Assembly: GCF_964204645.1 (NCBI RefSeq)
Contig: NC_134030.1
Span: 15,872,110 to 15,936,109, forward strand
Length of the DNA stretch: 64,000 bases
Direction: 5' to 3'
Source of the DNA: Tubulanus polymorphus
Lineage: Eukaryota > Animalia > Nemertea
The notes below the pieces were generated by a model. The model was not told the origin of the DNA and did not search any database. It saw only the letters and a list, made by a program, of their open reading frames with translations. The position numbers were made by a program, and so were the translations under genes. Positions 52,379 through 63,700 of this stretch are shown here, piece after piece. How positions within the stretch are numbered: position 1 is the stretch's first letter; each line of letters starts with the position of its first letter.

Positions 52379-54321
52379 ATGGATGTAGAAGGTGGAGAAG
52401 ATTATGAAATGGACGGCATGGGAAATAATAATGAAGGATATATTGATGATGATTATAATGATGCAGAAACTAATATTGATAATGATGATGAATCAGCATA
52501 TAATTCTAATTTAGCAGATAGTGGTTCTAAAGCCCCATCAACTGAGGATTATATTAGAAGCACTAGATCGAGAATAAATCCTGAAAATGAAAATCAAGGT
52601 TTATCGAGTCGAGATTTAGAAAATAAAGAATTTATATGTAAGTTCCAACGTGCATTTGAAAGATCTGGATATAATATAAATTACAGAGTTGCCAGATTTT
52701 TAGTAGAAGATTTAAAATATTTAGATGGTGAATATTATTATAAATTGAAAGATGATTATTATATTAATATCACTAATCAAAGGACAAGACTAAGTAAAAT
52801 ATTAGCAAAATCAACTTTGAGTGATTTAGAACCAGATAGAATTAAGAGAATAAGTAATAGTAATGAAATAACTGATGTTACACAAGAAGAAAGAGATAAT
52901 AATATAAGAGTATTTAGTCAAAGAATTGATGACTTATTTGCAATAATCGATAATAATTTAGAACCAGAAAGAAACTCTGAACAGAATATAAATTCCAAAA
53001 CTAGTAAACTTAAATCAAATAAAGTTCCAATTGAAAAACTTTTACCGAATGGATTAATTGATGCAACAGATCAACAATTAGAAGATTTAGATATATTTTC
53101 TGATAAAGCAATAAGAGAAATTATTAGTATAAGAAATGAAGCTGATAAAATTGCGCATGATAAAAGTATAAGAGATTTAAAAATTAGAACTTTAGAAGAT
53201 GAATTATTTAAATCAAGAAAAGAATCGGAACAACTAAAATTAGATAGAGATAATAAAGTTATTGAAGAAATCGAATTTAAAAAAAGAAATGCGTATTTAG
53301 AAAAGAAAAAGATGATTTAGAATATAACATAGAATTACAAAAAGAAGAAATTAAATTATTATCAAAATCATATGATTATAATATTAATAGATTAGAAGTT
53401 ATTTTTAAAGATTTGTTGATAAAACCAGATTCTAAAATATCATTGAAAGATAGAATAAAATTATTATTTAAGTTAGAAGGAATAACAATTCTTTCAATTC
53501 CAACAGCTGTAACTATGTTATTTACAACAATTGGTTTAGCTATATCAAATGCTTTAAAATCTACTCCTACTCCAAATAAACCAGATAAACCCCCGAATGA
53601 TAATAATTCATCTAATAATGTAATACCCTTTACATCTAATAATGTTATACCTTCTACATCAAATAATGTAATACCTTCTACATCTAATAATGTAATACCT
53701 TCTACATCTAATAATGTAATACCTTCTACATCTAATAATGTAATACCCTCTACATCTAATAATGTAATACCTTCTACATCAAATAATGAAATAATATTAA
53801 ATGTTAGTGAAAATAGAAATTATTGTGATTATTGTAAAAGTGAATTTTCAAACGCTACATCAAATTGGAATAAACATATGAATACAAGGGTACATATAAA
53901 TAATGTTATAGAACGTGTTGGTTTAAATGAATTTATAGAACACCCATTTAGATATGTTACAAAGTTTGTTTCAAATCAAAAAGTAAATGGTGAAAATATA
54001 TATGAAGATTTATTACTAGCAACACCTAATAAAGATGAATTAGATCTAACCGATGCTAATGAAATATTAGGATCAAACACTGTAAATGAAATATTAGGAG
54101 CAAACACTAATAAAGATTCTATGAAACATAAAGTAGAAAATAATGATAAATTTGATTGGATGAATAACCATAACAATGAAACAACTATTGATGATGCGGT
54201 AAAAAAGGTGAAAAATAAGTATAAAAATAATAGAGAATTTGAAGAAGAAAATTCGGTAGAGAATTTGAATAAATTGTTAGGGTCTGATAGTGAATTGGAG
54301 AGTGATGATGAAAGTGATTAA
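52379..54321 (+). pseudogene. Polinton acidic/coiled-coil membrane protein; the 313 aa and 302 aa ORFs are one gene with a 1-nt frameshift near 53300
   Basis: The shifted frame EKDDLEYNIELQKEEIKLL... is open into the second ORF; hydrophobic segment ITILSIPTAVTMLFTTIGLAI, octapeptide repeats, CDYC..H..H finger. Confidence 0.75.
53611..53788 (+). repeat. Coding minisatellite, 24 bp x about 7.4 (SNNVIPST)
   Basis: TCTAATAATGTAATACCTTCTACA units. Confidence 0.95.
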
Positions 54322-54329
54322 GATATTAA

Positions 54330-54715
54330 TTATATTTTACTCAAATAATAATATTAGTTGACAATTGTATAAAATAATAGTAAATAAAAAAGGGGTTTTA
54401 AGTATTTAAGGCATCTAATAGGGTATCTAATAAATATCTAATACATATCTAATACATATTATTTGAAAATACCTTAAATTATATTTCTTTTTTAAATTTA
54501 TATTGAAACCTCAGTAATAATAAATAACCTTTATTATTTTCAAACTTATTCATATATTAGTTGAAAAAATAAAAATAAATTGGTTGAAAATTGTATAAAT
54601 AATATTTATTTTAAAAAAGGGGGTTTTAAGTATTTAAGGTATCTAATAGGGTATCAGGTATTAGGGTATCTAATGGGGTATCAGGTATTAGGGTATCTAA
54701 TACATAGGTATACAA
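54330..54715. repeat. Non-coding repeat region between convergent Polinton genes
   Basis: Two copies of AAAAAAGGGG(G)TTTTAAGTATTTAAGG, each followed by (GGG)TATCTAAT arrays. Confidence 0.75.
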
Positions 54716-54719
54716 ATAG

Positions 54720-55331
54720 TTATTTTATAAATTTATATTCATAGGGAAATTGTAATCTCAGTAATAATTTTGAACCTTTATTATTCTTTAATTTATTCAT
54801 ATATTCATCATGTAACTCAGTAGGTATAATTTGATTTTCTTCCAATGATTGTTGCATAGATTTTCTATCTTTATTGTAGAATAAAACTAGAAATCTTATA
54901 TTCTCCCTAAAGTCTTTAACAATTGAATTATATTTTTGATTTAAAACCCATGTTGTTATCCCAAAATGTCTACCAGAAAAAGCTAGATAACATAACTCAC
55001 TTTCTCTCACTTTTGAATCATGTAAATTTGCGCAATCATCTACAATGAATAATGTATTTGATCCTTTATAAGTATCAATTGCTATTTTTATACAATTTTC
55101 TAAATTTTCTTTTACTGTTTTAGGATTTAATATAATAAACTTTTTTATTTTAACTATATCTCTATTATATGTTTTATTCATTTCATAAGTAGGACAGAAT
55201 AATAATATATTATCAAAATGATTCTTATAAATAGTTTCTAACAAGTCTAATATGAAATATGTTTTACCACAATTGGTTACTCCAGTAACTAACATATTAT
55301 GCGGTTCAAATATAAATGAATCTTTATTCAT
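54720..55331 (-). CDS. DNA-packaging ATPase (poxvirus A32/FtsK-like) of the Polinton
   Basis: Walker A GVTNCGKT, Walker B LFIVDD, SGRH arginine motif, WVLNQ sensor; intact 203 aa. Confidence 0.92.
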   Translation of the reverse strand: MNKDSFIFEPHNMLVTGVTNCGKTYFILDLLETIYKNHFDNILLFCPTYEMNKTYNRDIVKIKKFIILNPKTVKENLENCIKIAIDTYKGSNTLFIVDDCANLHDSKVRESELCYLAFSGRHFGITTWVLNQKYNSIVKDFRENIRFLVLFYNKDRKSMQQSLEENQIIPTELHDEYMNKLKNNKGSKLLLRLQFPYEYKFIK

Positions 55332-55946
55332 TTATTCTTTTAATTTTACTAGATAAAATCCATTCATTAAATTTATCGTCGTATCCTTTGTATTTCACCA
55401 AAGAATACTTTTTTCCTTTAAGAGTTTTTGTTTTCAATACTTTTTCTATTTTGTATTCTATTTCATCTGGATTTGGTACAAGTGATAATTCTTGTTCATA
55501 GAAATAACCTAATATTTCTTCATCTTTTAAATCTTCTAATTTATAAACAAATGGTTTAGTTAATATTATCTTTTTAATCTTGAATATTTCTTCAGTAAAA
55601 TTTGGAGTATAACCTTTATAAAATGTTTTTCTATATTTAGATATTCTTACGTGTTGTCCTATTTTAAATTTAGGTTCACCGAAATCATGTGTAACAAACG
55701 CTCCATATAAATTATTCCAAACTATTTCCGAATTATCTTCTTTTCTAGCTTGTATAAGTTTCATATTTATAGAACTATGTTTAGAATTATTATAACCTTT
55801 CACTAAATCATCTAATACGTCGATATATTTATATGTTTCATTAGCAGTAAAATATTTCCACATTCTAGTTTTCAATGTTTTATTAAATCTTTCTATAATA
55901 GATGCTTTTTATCTGAGTGTGTTGAAAAATAATCTACATCGTTATC
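55324..55946 (-). pseudogene. Polinton retroviral-type integrase, C-terminal half with chromodomain; 5' half deleted
   Basis: KASIIERFNKTLKTRMWKYFT, YNNSKHSSI, FKIGQHVRISK..F.KGYTPNFTEEIF, chromodomain YKIEKVL..VKYKGYDDKFNEWI. Confidence 0.92.
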
Positions 55947-56162
55947 GAAAACATGAAAGATTGACTTTCACCGCGCGAAAATGTGCAAACGCTGGACAGT
56001 AACGGCCGGATTCTCAGTCATTCACGAAAAAGTCACATGTTGTAGTTATTTACGGACGATGCGATAATACGTTAACTGTGATTTTGAATGATCTGCAGAG
56101 GATCCCCGAATTCTGGTTGGTTCTGCGACGAACAGAAGTAGCGACGTGTTGTGTAGTTATAG

Positions 56163-58491
56163 CGTCCCGAAGATCAGTTGGTGATGCAAGTTGCAAGTAG
56201 TACGCATTTCTCTGTTTTGAAGATCTTTCGATTACTGACTGGAAATAACTTCGTGACACAATGATAGTAACATGCAACATTTGACATTAGAGCAGAGTTC
56301 AGGCAATGACACAACACAAATACAGTTACCCTTGTCAACCAAAAGGAAAAAATTATCATCATCCAAAATAAGTGGCCAGGTGTAACTGAGATTATATATT
56401 TGTCCACATAAAAGTTAAAACCAATTCATCTTCATGTTTTAGTTATACTAACAAACAAAAAATATGAACCTACGAAAATGAAAATTGCCGATTAAACGTT
56501 TAGTATAGTCGAAATAGTTTGTTGCGAAAAAAGTATAGATACGCACTGTCCTGTAAGTAGATGAATTTGACTAATTAACCTTAGACATATCCCCTGAGAA
56601 GTGTTCCGTATTCTAATACTTATAGTACGAAATGAAACTAAAATTGATTTATGCTGATTGGAACTAGATGCCTAGAAAAAAAGAATCGTGAATCATACTA
56701 TTTAAACCGGCGATAACTTTTTTGATCGTACGGTAGTATCTTATATCCAAATTCCTATAATGTTCTATCATGTTCATCTGACCACTAATTCGAGACAAAG
56801 AAGCAACTGTATTACCTTCGGCTGACAAAAAGTTACCGTAATGCATTGTATCCACTGAAACAGCAGCAATGTTTAGGATCAGTACGGCCATCTCGTCACA
56901 GGTGTAGTTGAATACGATCTTCTCGTGAGGTCAACGTTCCAGTCACAACCAATAGTTTAACAGCTTCATCTGTACTTGTGTAAGTCACGAGGACTTAAAT
57001 TTGGGTTCTCCATCTGTAACCGGCTGGTTGTTGTATCGGCAGGCTGGCTGGGTGACTAGCATTTACACCAGCGGTACAGGATTCCATCCATCAGGAACAA
57101 CAAGGCAGTTAAACCTTATATGTACAATCTTTATTGCATCCCGGAATGAGAATGATTATCATAGCTTTACATAGTCTTTATATACAGAATCATGAGTATA
57201 ATGTGAGAACTAGGTGTCAGACAAGTTGTAGACATCAGGACTCACAAACAAACACCTGGTGACATGTTTGAGAGACATTAATTAATTATCGATGAGCACT
57301 GACTATAGCTAATTATTGTGAAAACATATTGAGTAATGTCACATGTTGATTACGACCTTAAAGCACATATTGACACTATAGTCATAAGTTATATTATATT
57401 ATTATTATTATTATTATTAAAAGAATTGAATTGAATTGTTAGACAACAAGCACCGGCGAAATAACAGTTTGGGACGTCATTTAGTAAGTAAATTAAGGAG
57501 GGCTCCGAGAATTTCCAAATCACGGGGAACTATACTGGGGTAAGACCATTCAACCAAAAAAAGGATTGCTCCGATAATATCCAAATCATCTCATTTTATT
57601 TTTTCCATCGAATACCCGGTAATTAATTTTTCCTTTCGATCACATGCATCTAGAAAACCTGTTATCGCTGCTTTGCAGCCATATTTATTATTATTATTAA
57701 TATGTAGTAGAGCTATGAAATGTTATGAACTGTTCGATATGACATTGTAGATCTATATGATTACGAAATATGCAAATTATATCAGGGTGACAAATGCTCA
57801 CCCGGGGCTTTGAATAGCAGAATAACTTGTACACTATTTCAGTATTATATTGGTACATACCTAGGCAAATTTTGTTTCCATATTCAATTGCAAAATTGTA
57901 GCTCATGTCTTGTTCTATGATTGTGGTGAGTTTCAAGGTTATTGGTTCAGTATATGTTAACTAGGGGGCGTGGAATAACGAAATCGTTAAAGCATTTCAA
58001 ACCACTAGTTATTCTATTATTTGAATTGAAAAATAAGTGTCTATGTTTACATACGTAAGTCTCATTTTTTGCATCATTGTCGTAGGATGTAATTTAGTAA
58101 TGCATTTTTTTAATTTTTTGCCCTTACTTATTTTAGATGTTCAGACGTGGCATGCCCGTTTACTTCAGTAGCTGCATCAGCGCTATTAAATGAACCGCTT
58201 GCTCCAGTTTCGCCTACGGCCAGTGTTCACAGTTCACAAGTCAAAACCAGAGCATCAATCTCAGGTCATATCGTTTCTGTAAGTTTATTTTAATCTACAC
58301 TATATATTCTATATTTTTAATCTATTTCTGTTGGCTTTCCACAGACATACCAAAAATTTGATTCTGTAAATCGCAGTACTTGTGTAAGCTTGCTGTCATG
58401 TACTAAGCTTACTGTCATGTACTTCCCATCAATCTAACAGATTTTGGAGTCATGGATTTTTGATTTATTTACATAGAATGAGAATATGCTT
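56163..58491 (-). repeat. Right arm of 2.3 kb inverted duplication (preceded by ~215 bp of non-viral DNA, 55947-56162)
   Basis: Reverse complement of 48629-50948; includes a copy of the OB-fold exon at 58137-58278 (+). Confidence 0.97.
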
Positions 58492-58515
58492 CCATTTATT
58501 TAGAAAAAAAAATTA

Positions 58516-58938
58516 CTAATTAGTAAACTTATAAGCAACAAATATAACAATAACTGTTCCACCTAAAATCCAAATTATTTCATATTTCTGTTGTTCATTA
58601 CTTGGGGTATAATAATCTGATAATTTAGGTTTGTATAGATGTAATTTTTCTTTATTTGTTACCGCGTTATACAAACTCATTGCATCATCAACTGATTGAA
58701 AATCTCTATGTGAAATCTTCTGATCATATAATTCTTTATTGATGTAATCCATATAGTTTTGTCGTTTTTCTCTATATTCTCCCGCTGCTTTATTGTATTT
58801 CTCTAATGCTAAGTTATGTCTTCTTTGTTCTCCTAATGAACTATTTTTATCAATATGCTTAAATAAATAACCGCCACCAGTAAATGCTAAAGCGTTAACA
58901 ATTGCCGATCCTATAATAGTTATAATTGCAGAAGCCAT
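58516..58938 (-). CDS. Polinton small membrane protein (140 aa)
   Basis: Gly/Ala-rich hydrophobic N-terminus, charged helical middle, C-terminal hydrophobic IIWILGGTVIVIFVAY; TAAATG start. Confidence 0.8.
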   Translation of the reverse strand: MASAIITIIGSAIVNALAFTGGGYLFKHIDKNSSLGEQRRHNLALEKYNKAAGEYREKRQNYMDYINKELYDQKISHRDFQSVDDAMSLYNAVTNKEKLHLYKPKLSDYYTPSNEQQKYEIIWILGGTVIVIFVAYKFTN

Positions 58939-58962
58939 TTATTTAGCAAAAAAATTATGCAT

Positions 58963-59184
58963 TTATATGGGAGGAATATATTTTTGTTTTTCTAAATAAT
59001 CAATAGTTAAATTAAATAAAGTAACTGCTAATGTTAATTTTAAAATATCATTTATATCAAATCTATCAACATTAACACTTCCCATTTTGAATACTTTTTT
59101 TAATACCATTGAATAACCAACAGTTCCAACTGATAGTAATGCTCCATTATATAATCCAGTTATTATCCACTTATTATCACTCAT
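58963..59184 (-). CDS. Polinton small hydrophobic protein (73 aa)
   Basis: Two hydrophobic helices; TAAATG start overlaps the upstream stop codon. Confidence 0.75.
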   Translation of the reverse strand: MSDNKWIITGLYNGALLSVGTVGYSMVLKKVFKMGSVNVDRFDINDILKLTLAVTLFNLTIDYLEKQKYIPPI

Positions 59185-59541
59185 TTATTTATCAAAAAAA
59201 TTACTATCATCAAAATATTTAGTTATCTTAGGGATGATTAATTCAACATTTATTTCATTACTAGTTTCATTTGTATATATTTCAATTATTATTTTTTTAA
59301 TATCATCGATGATAAAATCTTCATCTAATTCATAAAATCTTAAAGATTCTCTAATTAAATTAGTAATCTTTTCTACATTTAAAGTTTCTTTATCTATTGT
59401 TGTTTCATACTCAAATGTTGTTTCATTAGAAAATGTAATATTTTTGATATGTGTAATTACATCAGTAATGTTAAATTTCATTTCTTTCTCATGTTTAAAA
59501 TCAAACCCAAAACATATACTCGGCCCAACAGTTATATTCAT
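59185..59541 (-). CDS. Polinton hypothetical acidic protein (118 aa)
   Basis: Intact ORF in the gene array with TAAATG start. Confidence 0.65.
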   Translation of the reverse strand: MNITVGPSICFGFDFKHEKEMKFNITDVITHIKNITFSNETTFEYETTIDKETLNVEKITNLIRESLRFYELDEDFIIDDIKKIIIEIYTNETSNEINVELIIPKITKYFDDSNFFDK

Positions 59542-59557
59542 TTATATAGTGAAAAAA

Positions 59558-60320
59558 TTACTCTTTACATCTTATAACTAATTCATATATCACAGGAAAG
59601 TTATTCAAATCAATTAAATAACCATTATGATTTCTTATTTCTAATTTAAAATTATTGAAATGTGGAATACATGGTTTGAAATCACATTCAGTTAAATTAT
59701 AATTTATTTGAGTTCCAACAATTATTGTTTAACATTTTTTAGCGGTAAAATATTTAGTATACTAGAACTACAAATTGTTTCTTTAGTTGCTTCGAAAGTT
59801 TTTGTAGGCTCGATTAAATTGCAATAAATATAAAAGTGTGTAAAAGGTATTATATTTGAGCTGCCTTCTGCGTTTCCAGTAACTGTAAAAGAGGTTTAAT
59901 TCCTAACATTTTAGCCAGTGGTTTGTTTACCATAAATTTATGCTGTTCATTAGATATCTTTATTCTTATTTTATTAGTACTATCAATTTTATTAAATTTA
60001 ATTTCAAATACAGAAGTGCCCCCGATTTTCAACCGAGATCTTCTATTAATTTCCTGCGCTAATGATTCTAAATTATATAATCCTGGTTTTAAAAATATAT
60101 GAAACCATTTATCTTTATTTCTCATATAAATCATAAACCCTCTATGTTCAAAAGTTTTATCTGATATATTATAAAAAGAATTACATAAACTTATATTAAC
60201 TAATTTTTAATCTACACAATTCTTAAATTCTCTATCTAATTGAACTAGTAAATTATGAGATTTATAATTAGTAAGTTCTCTTGAATCAACAAATATTCTG
60301 TATTCTTTTAATTCCGCCAT
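59558..60320 (-). pseudogene. Penton / minor-capsid-like protein, frameshifted
   Basis: MAELKEYRIFVDSREL..., NSFYNIS, PGLYNLESL, LAKMLGI, FYIYCNLI, LEIRNHNGYLIDLNNFPVIYELVI across frames; pattern typical of Polinton single jelly-roll proteins. Confidence 0.7.
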
Positions 60321-60337
60321 TTATTTTACATATTGTC

Positions 60338-60691
60338 TTATTCGAAATCTATTTCATGGTGCCCCTTTTCATTCTTACCATTGTATACGAAATAGAAATC
60401 ACCAGAACATAATTCTTCTAGATCTTCACTTGATAATCTATGAAATCTATCCGGTAAATATGTTCTGAATTTATATGTATTTCCTTTTAATCCTTCATAT
60501 TCTAAGTGTATAACTAATTTATCTCCATATTTGTTAGTAACTGTATCAATATTTGTAATTAGATATTTCTTATGGATTATTAATTCTTTTAACTTCTTAA
60601 ATTTATAATCTACTGATTTTACATGTGTTATATCTTTAATTCTATTTAGAAATAATTTGTTGTTCTCACTGTGTGTTTGTTTACTCTCCAT
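60338..60691 (-). CDS. Polinton hypothetical protein next to pPolB, possible OB-fold ssDNA-binding protein (117 aa)
   Basis: Intact ORF with TAAATG start; beta-rich pattern FKKLKEL..KYLI..V.NKYG..LVI..TYLPDRF. Confidence 0.6.
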   Translation of the reverse strand: MESKQTHSENNKLFLNRIKDITHVKSVDYKFKKLKELIIHKKYLITNIDTVTNKYGDKLVIHLEYEGLKGNTYKFRTYLPDRFHRLSSEDLEELCSGDFYFVYNGKNEKGHHEIDFE

Positions 60692-60720
60692 TTATAATAC
60701 ATATTTTTATTAAAATTTGA

Positions 60721-63700
60721 TTAACACGTTAGAATTCTTTTCATTATCTCGTTCTCTTTTGTTTCTTCTCTTTTAAATTTTAAGTATTCATCTAAATTAC
60801 AACCATAAGCAACTGTATGAATTCCATCATCTAAAATATATCTTTTATCATCAAATGGGTTTAGACTTATCTTTTCAATTTCTTCAATAAACATTTCATG
60901 ATCTTCAGATCTTAAACATCTCATCTTATGTTTTCTAACTTCTTCACTGAATATACAATTGATGTAATCTTTGAAATGAATATTCTTTTCTACTACACTT
61001 TTGGTTATTCCTTTTAACTTTTTAGCTTCATGTTCTTTAGTTTTATATGAATACATTTTAGATCTAATACCAATGAATTCAATCATTTCTTCACCACCTA
61101 ATTCATCTTTGATTTTAAGGGAACTTTTTTATTATCATTGCTAAACAATTCATGATCTTTAGGATAGTTACTAAAATCAAAATGATGTTTTAATGTTTTT
61201 AAATCATCAGTTATGTTATCAGTTTTTATCTTTAATATGTAACTGTCAGTATCAAAATATAATATTTCTATATGTTTTTCTCCAAAAAGTGGTTGTAATA
61301 CATTATAATAGAATTCATACATTAGTAATTTTGATAATTCTAAAACTGAAGCGCCAACATAGATTGGTTTATTAAATTTCATTGATGTTCTTCTCATCTT
61401 AACTGCAGCTAAATTTTCATCAAATATTCTGTTAACAATGAACTTAGGATATGATTGTAAATGTCTAATTCTATTACCATTGCTAATACCTCAATATCAT
61501 TTCTATTTCTAATATTTTTACAAGTCTTACCATAGAATGCATTATTCATTAACTTGAAGAAATCTTTTTCGAAATCAGTTTTAGCTTCAGTTCTCTGTTT
61601 GGTGTTAAAATCTATATAATTTTCTAACCATTTAGATTGACTAAATGAAATATATATATGTACTTTTTTTAGAACCATTCAGAACAAATCCATTTTTATA
61701 TCTGTAAATTTTAATCCACAATCCCATGTTAAACCTGGTGATGTTAAAATATTTTAGGTTTACATCTCTAAACCTTTCGAATATATCAGTTAATAATAAT
61801 ACATCTGATTTTAGATATAAATCTACCAATTGTCCATGATTTTCTATTTTGAAATGATTCCAAATATTCAATGTTCTATTATAGACTTCATCTTTAACAT
61901 ATTCATTTTTTGATTCATCATAGAATTGTTCTTTCAATAATTCTGTTACATTAAAATCATTATGTGATTTATAAAATGAATATGGAATTGCTCCTTTATA
62001 TCTCATTAATTGGAAATCATCATTATTTGGGTAGTGTTGTTTTAATATTTTTAATTCATCATCAACTAATGATTTGGATAAGTTATCTAATGAACTATTT
62101 AAAAATCTATATGAATCTATAAATCTTAGGCAACCAAATTGGAATGATATATAATTCTCAGATGTTTTAGCTAACATTCTAAATTTATAAGTTGGTATTT
62201 TATCTTTTGATCTATTTGAATTTAATCTTTCTATTTCATTATTAATTTCTTCTATTTTATGGCATAACTGTTTGATAAATAAATGTGCATCATATCCTGA
62301 TAGATTATGAAATATAACTGGTACAAAGTTAATTTTCTTAGCTTGTAAGTTACAATTCTCATGTGCAGCGCCTCTAAACTTTCCGTTCAAATGATCATGG
62401 TCTCTTACTTTTTTATCTTTATAATTGAATATCTTTTCACAATAATAACATTTATCTGCAAACTCAAATGCTTCTTTATCTTCTTCTGTCATTATAATTT
62501 CTATATTTGTATTCAATAATTTACTAAATCTTATTTCATATTCAATTAATAAGTCACAAAAATGATTGATAACATTTTCATTTCTATAATGATAATATTC
62601 ACTTTTAATTAGTTCTGGATAATCAGATTTAATATATAACCCGAAAGCAGCAGCTGATTGATGAATCTTTTTAATTGTATTTGTTTTTGGTGGTTCATCT
62701 GAAAAATCATTTTCATTAGAATTTAATTTCTTTCTTTTATATTATATTTCTTTTCTATCTTGATCAGTTAGTTCTTTATTTAATGATTCAAAATCTCCAT
62801 ATATAACAAATGGTACTTTATTCTTGTAATCATATTTTTTGAATTCTAATATTTTATCTTTTTCATTTGGTAAAACTAATTTACAATAATCATGATTTTC
62901 ACATAATTGTTTATGATTTAATAATGTACTTTCATTACTGAATCTATGTAAACATTTTCTACATAGATATATTTTATTATGGTGATCACTTTCTGTTCTA
63001 AAGAATAAATCTATTTGTTTAATCCACATATAATGATTCTCGTAATATAATATATTTATAACATCGTTTGAATCATAATCTTTTGATAGGTATATAGGTT
63101 CTAATGTATAATGTTTTATGTTGTTACCTTTTGTATTTGGTAATTTGATTAAAACAAATACATTTATTCTTAAATTATTATCTCTTTCTATTTTTGGGAT
63201 GTTTTTAATTCTAACAGGATACTTATCTATCTTATAATTATTTTCAAGTGGTTTATAATGAGTTAATCTACAAATATTATAAGTTGCAGGATGTAAGCAA
63301 CTAATTATTGCCCATAGAAAACATTTATCATCTTCATTTTGTACATTTATAACAGCATTAGTTTTAAATGGTAGTTTAATATAACTCGATGCTTCAATAT
63401 CTAGTTCTTTATAATATGACACATTATTTTCATAAATTGGTTTTGATTTAGTTAACTTATTATATTTTGTGTTATAAACATGTAAAGTCATAAATATTAT
63501 CTCATCAAATATTAAACCAGACCCTTCAAAATATTTCTCTTCTATTCTAGTTTTTACTTCATTATAACATTTATCTAATTTATCATCTATATGTTGTTTT
63601 GAAATAATATGTTGTGAATGAGAATTTATATTATATATTGGTTTATCTTCAGATTTTATAAACTTTACTTTAACCGATATACTAATTTTCGGATATTCAA

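Noticed and set aside
53611-53788. 24 bp direct repeats as a possible CRISPR array
   Set aside because: There are no spacers; it is an in-frame coding minisatellite in eukaryotic viral DNA.
48629-58491. The 2.3 kb inverted repeats as transposon or Polinton TIRs
   Set aside because: They contain an exon, an LTR remnant and R1 repeat pieces, lack (AG)n-type Polinton termini and a TSD, and cut through viral genes.
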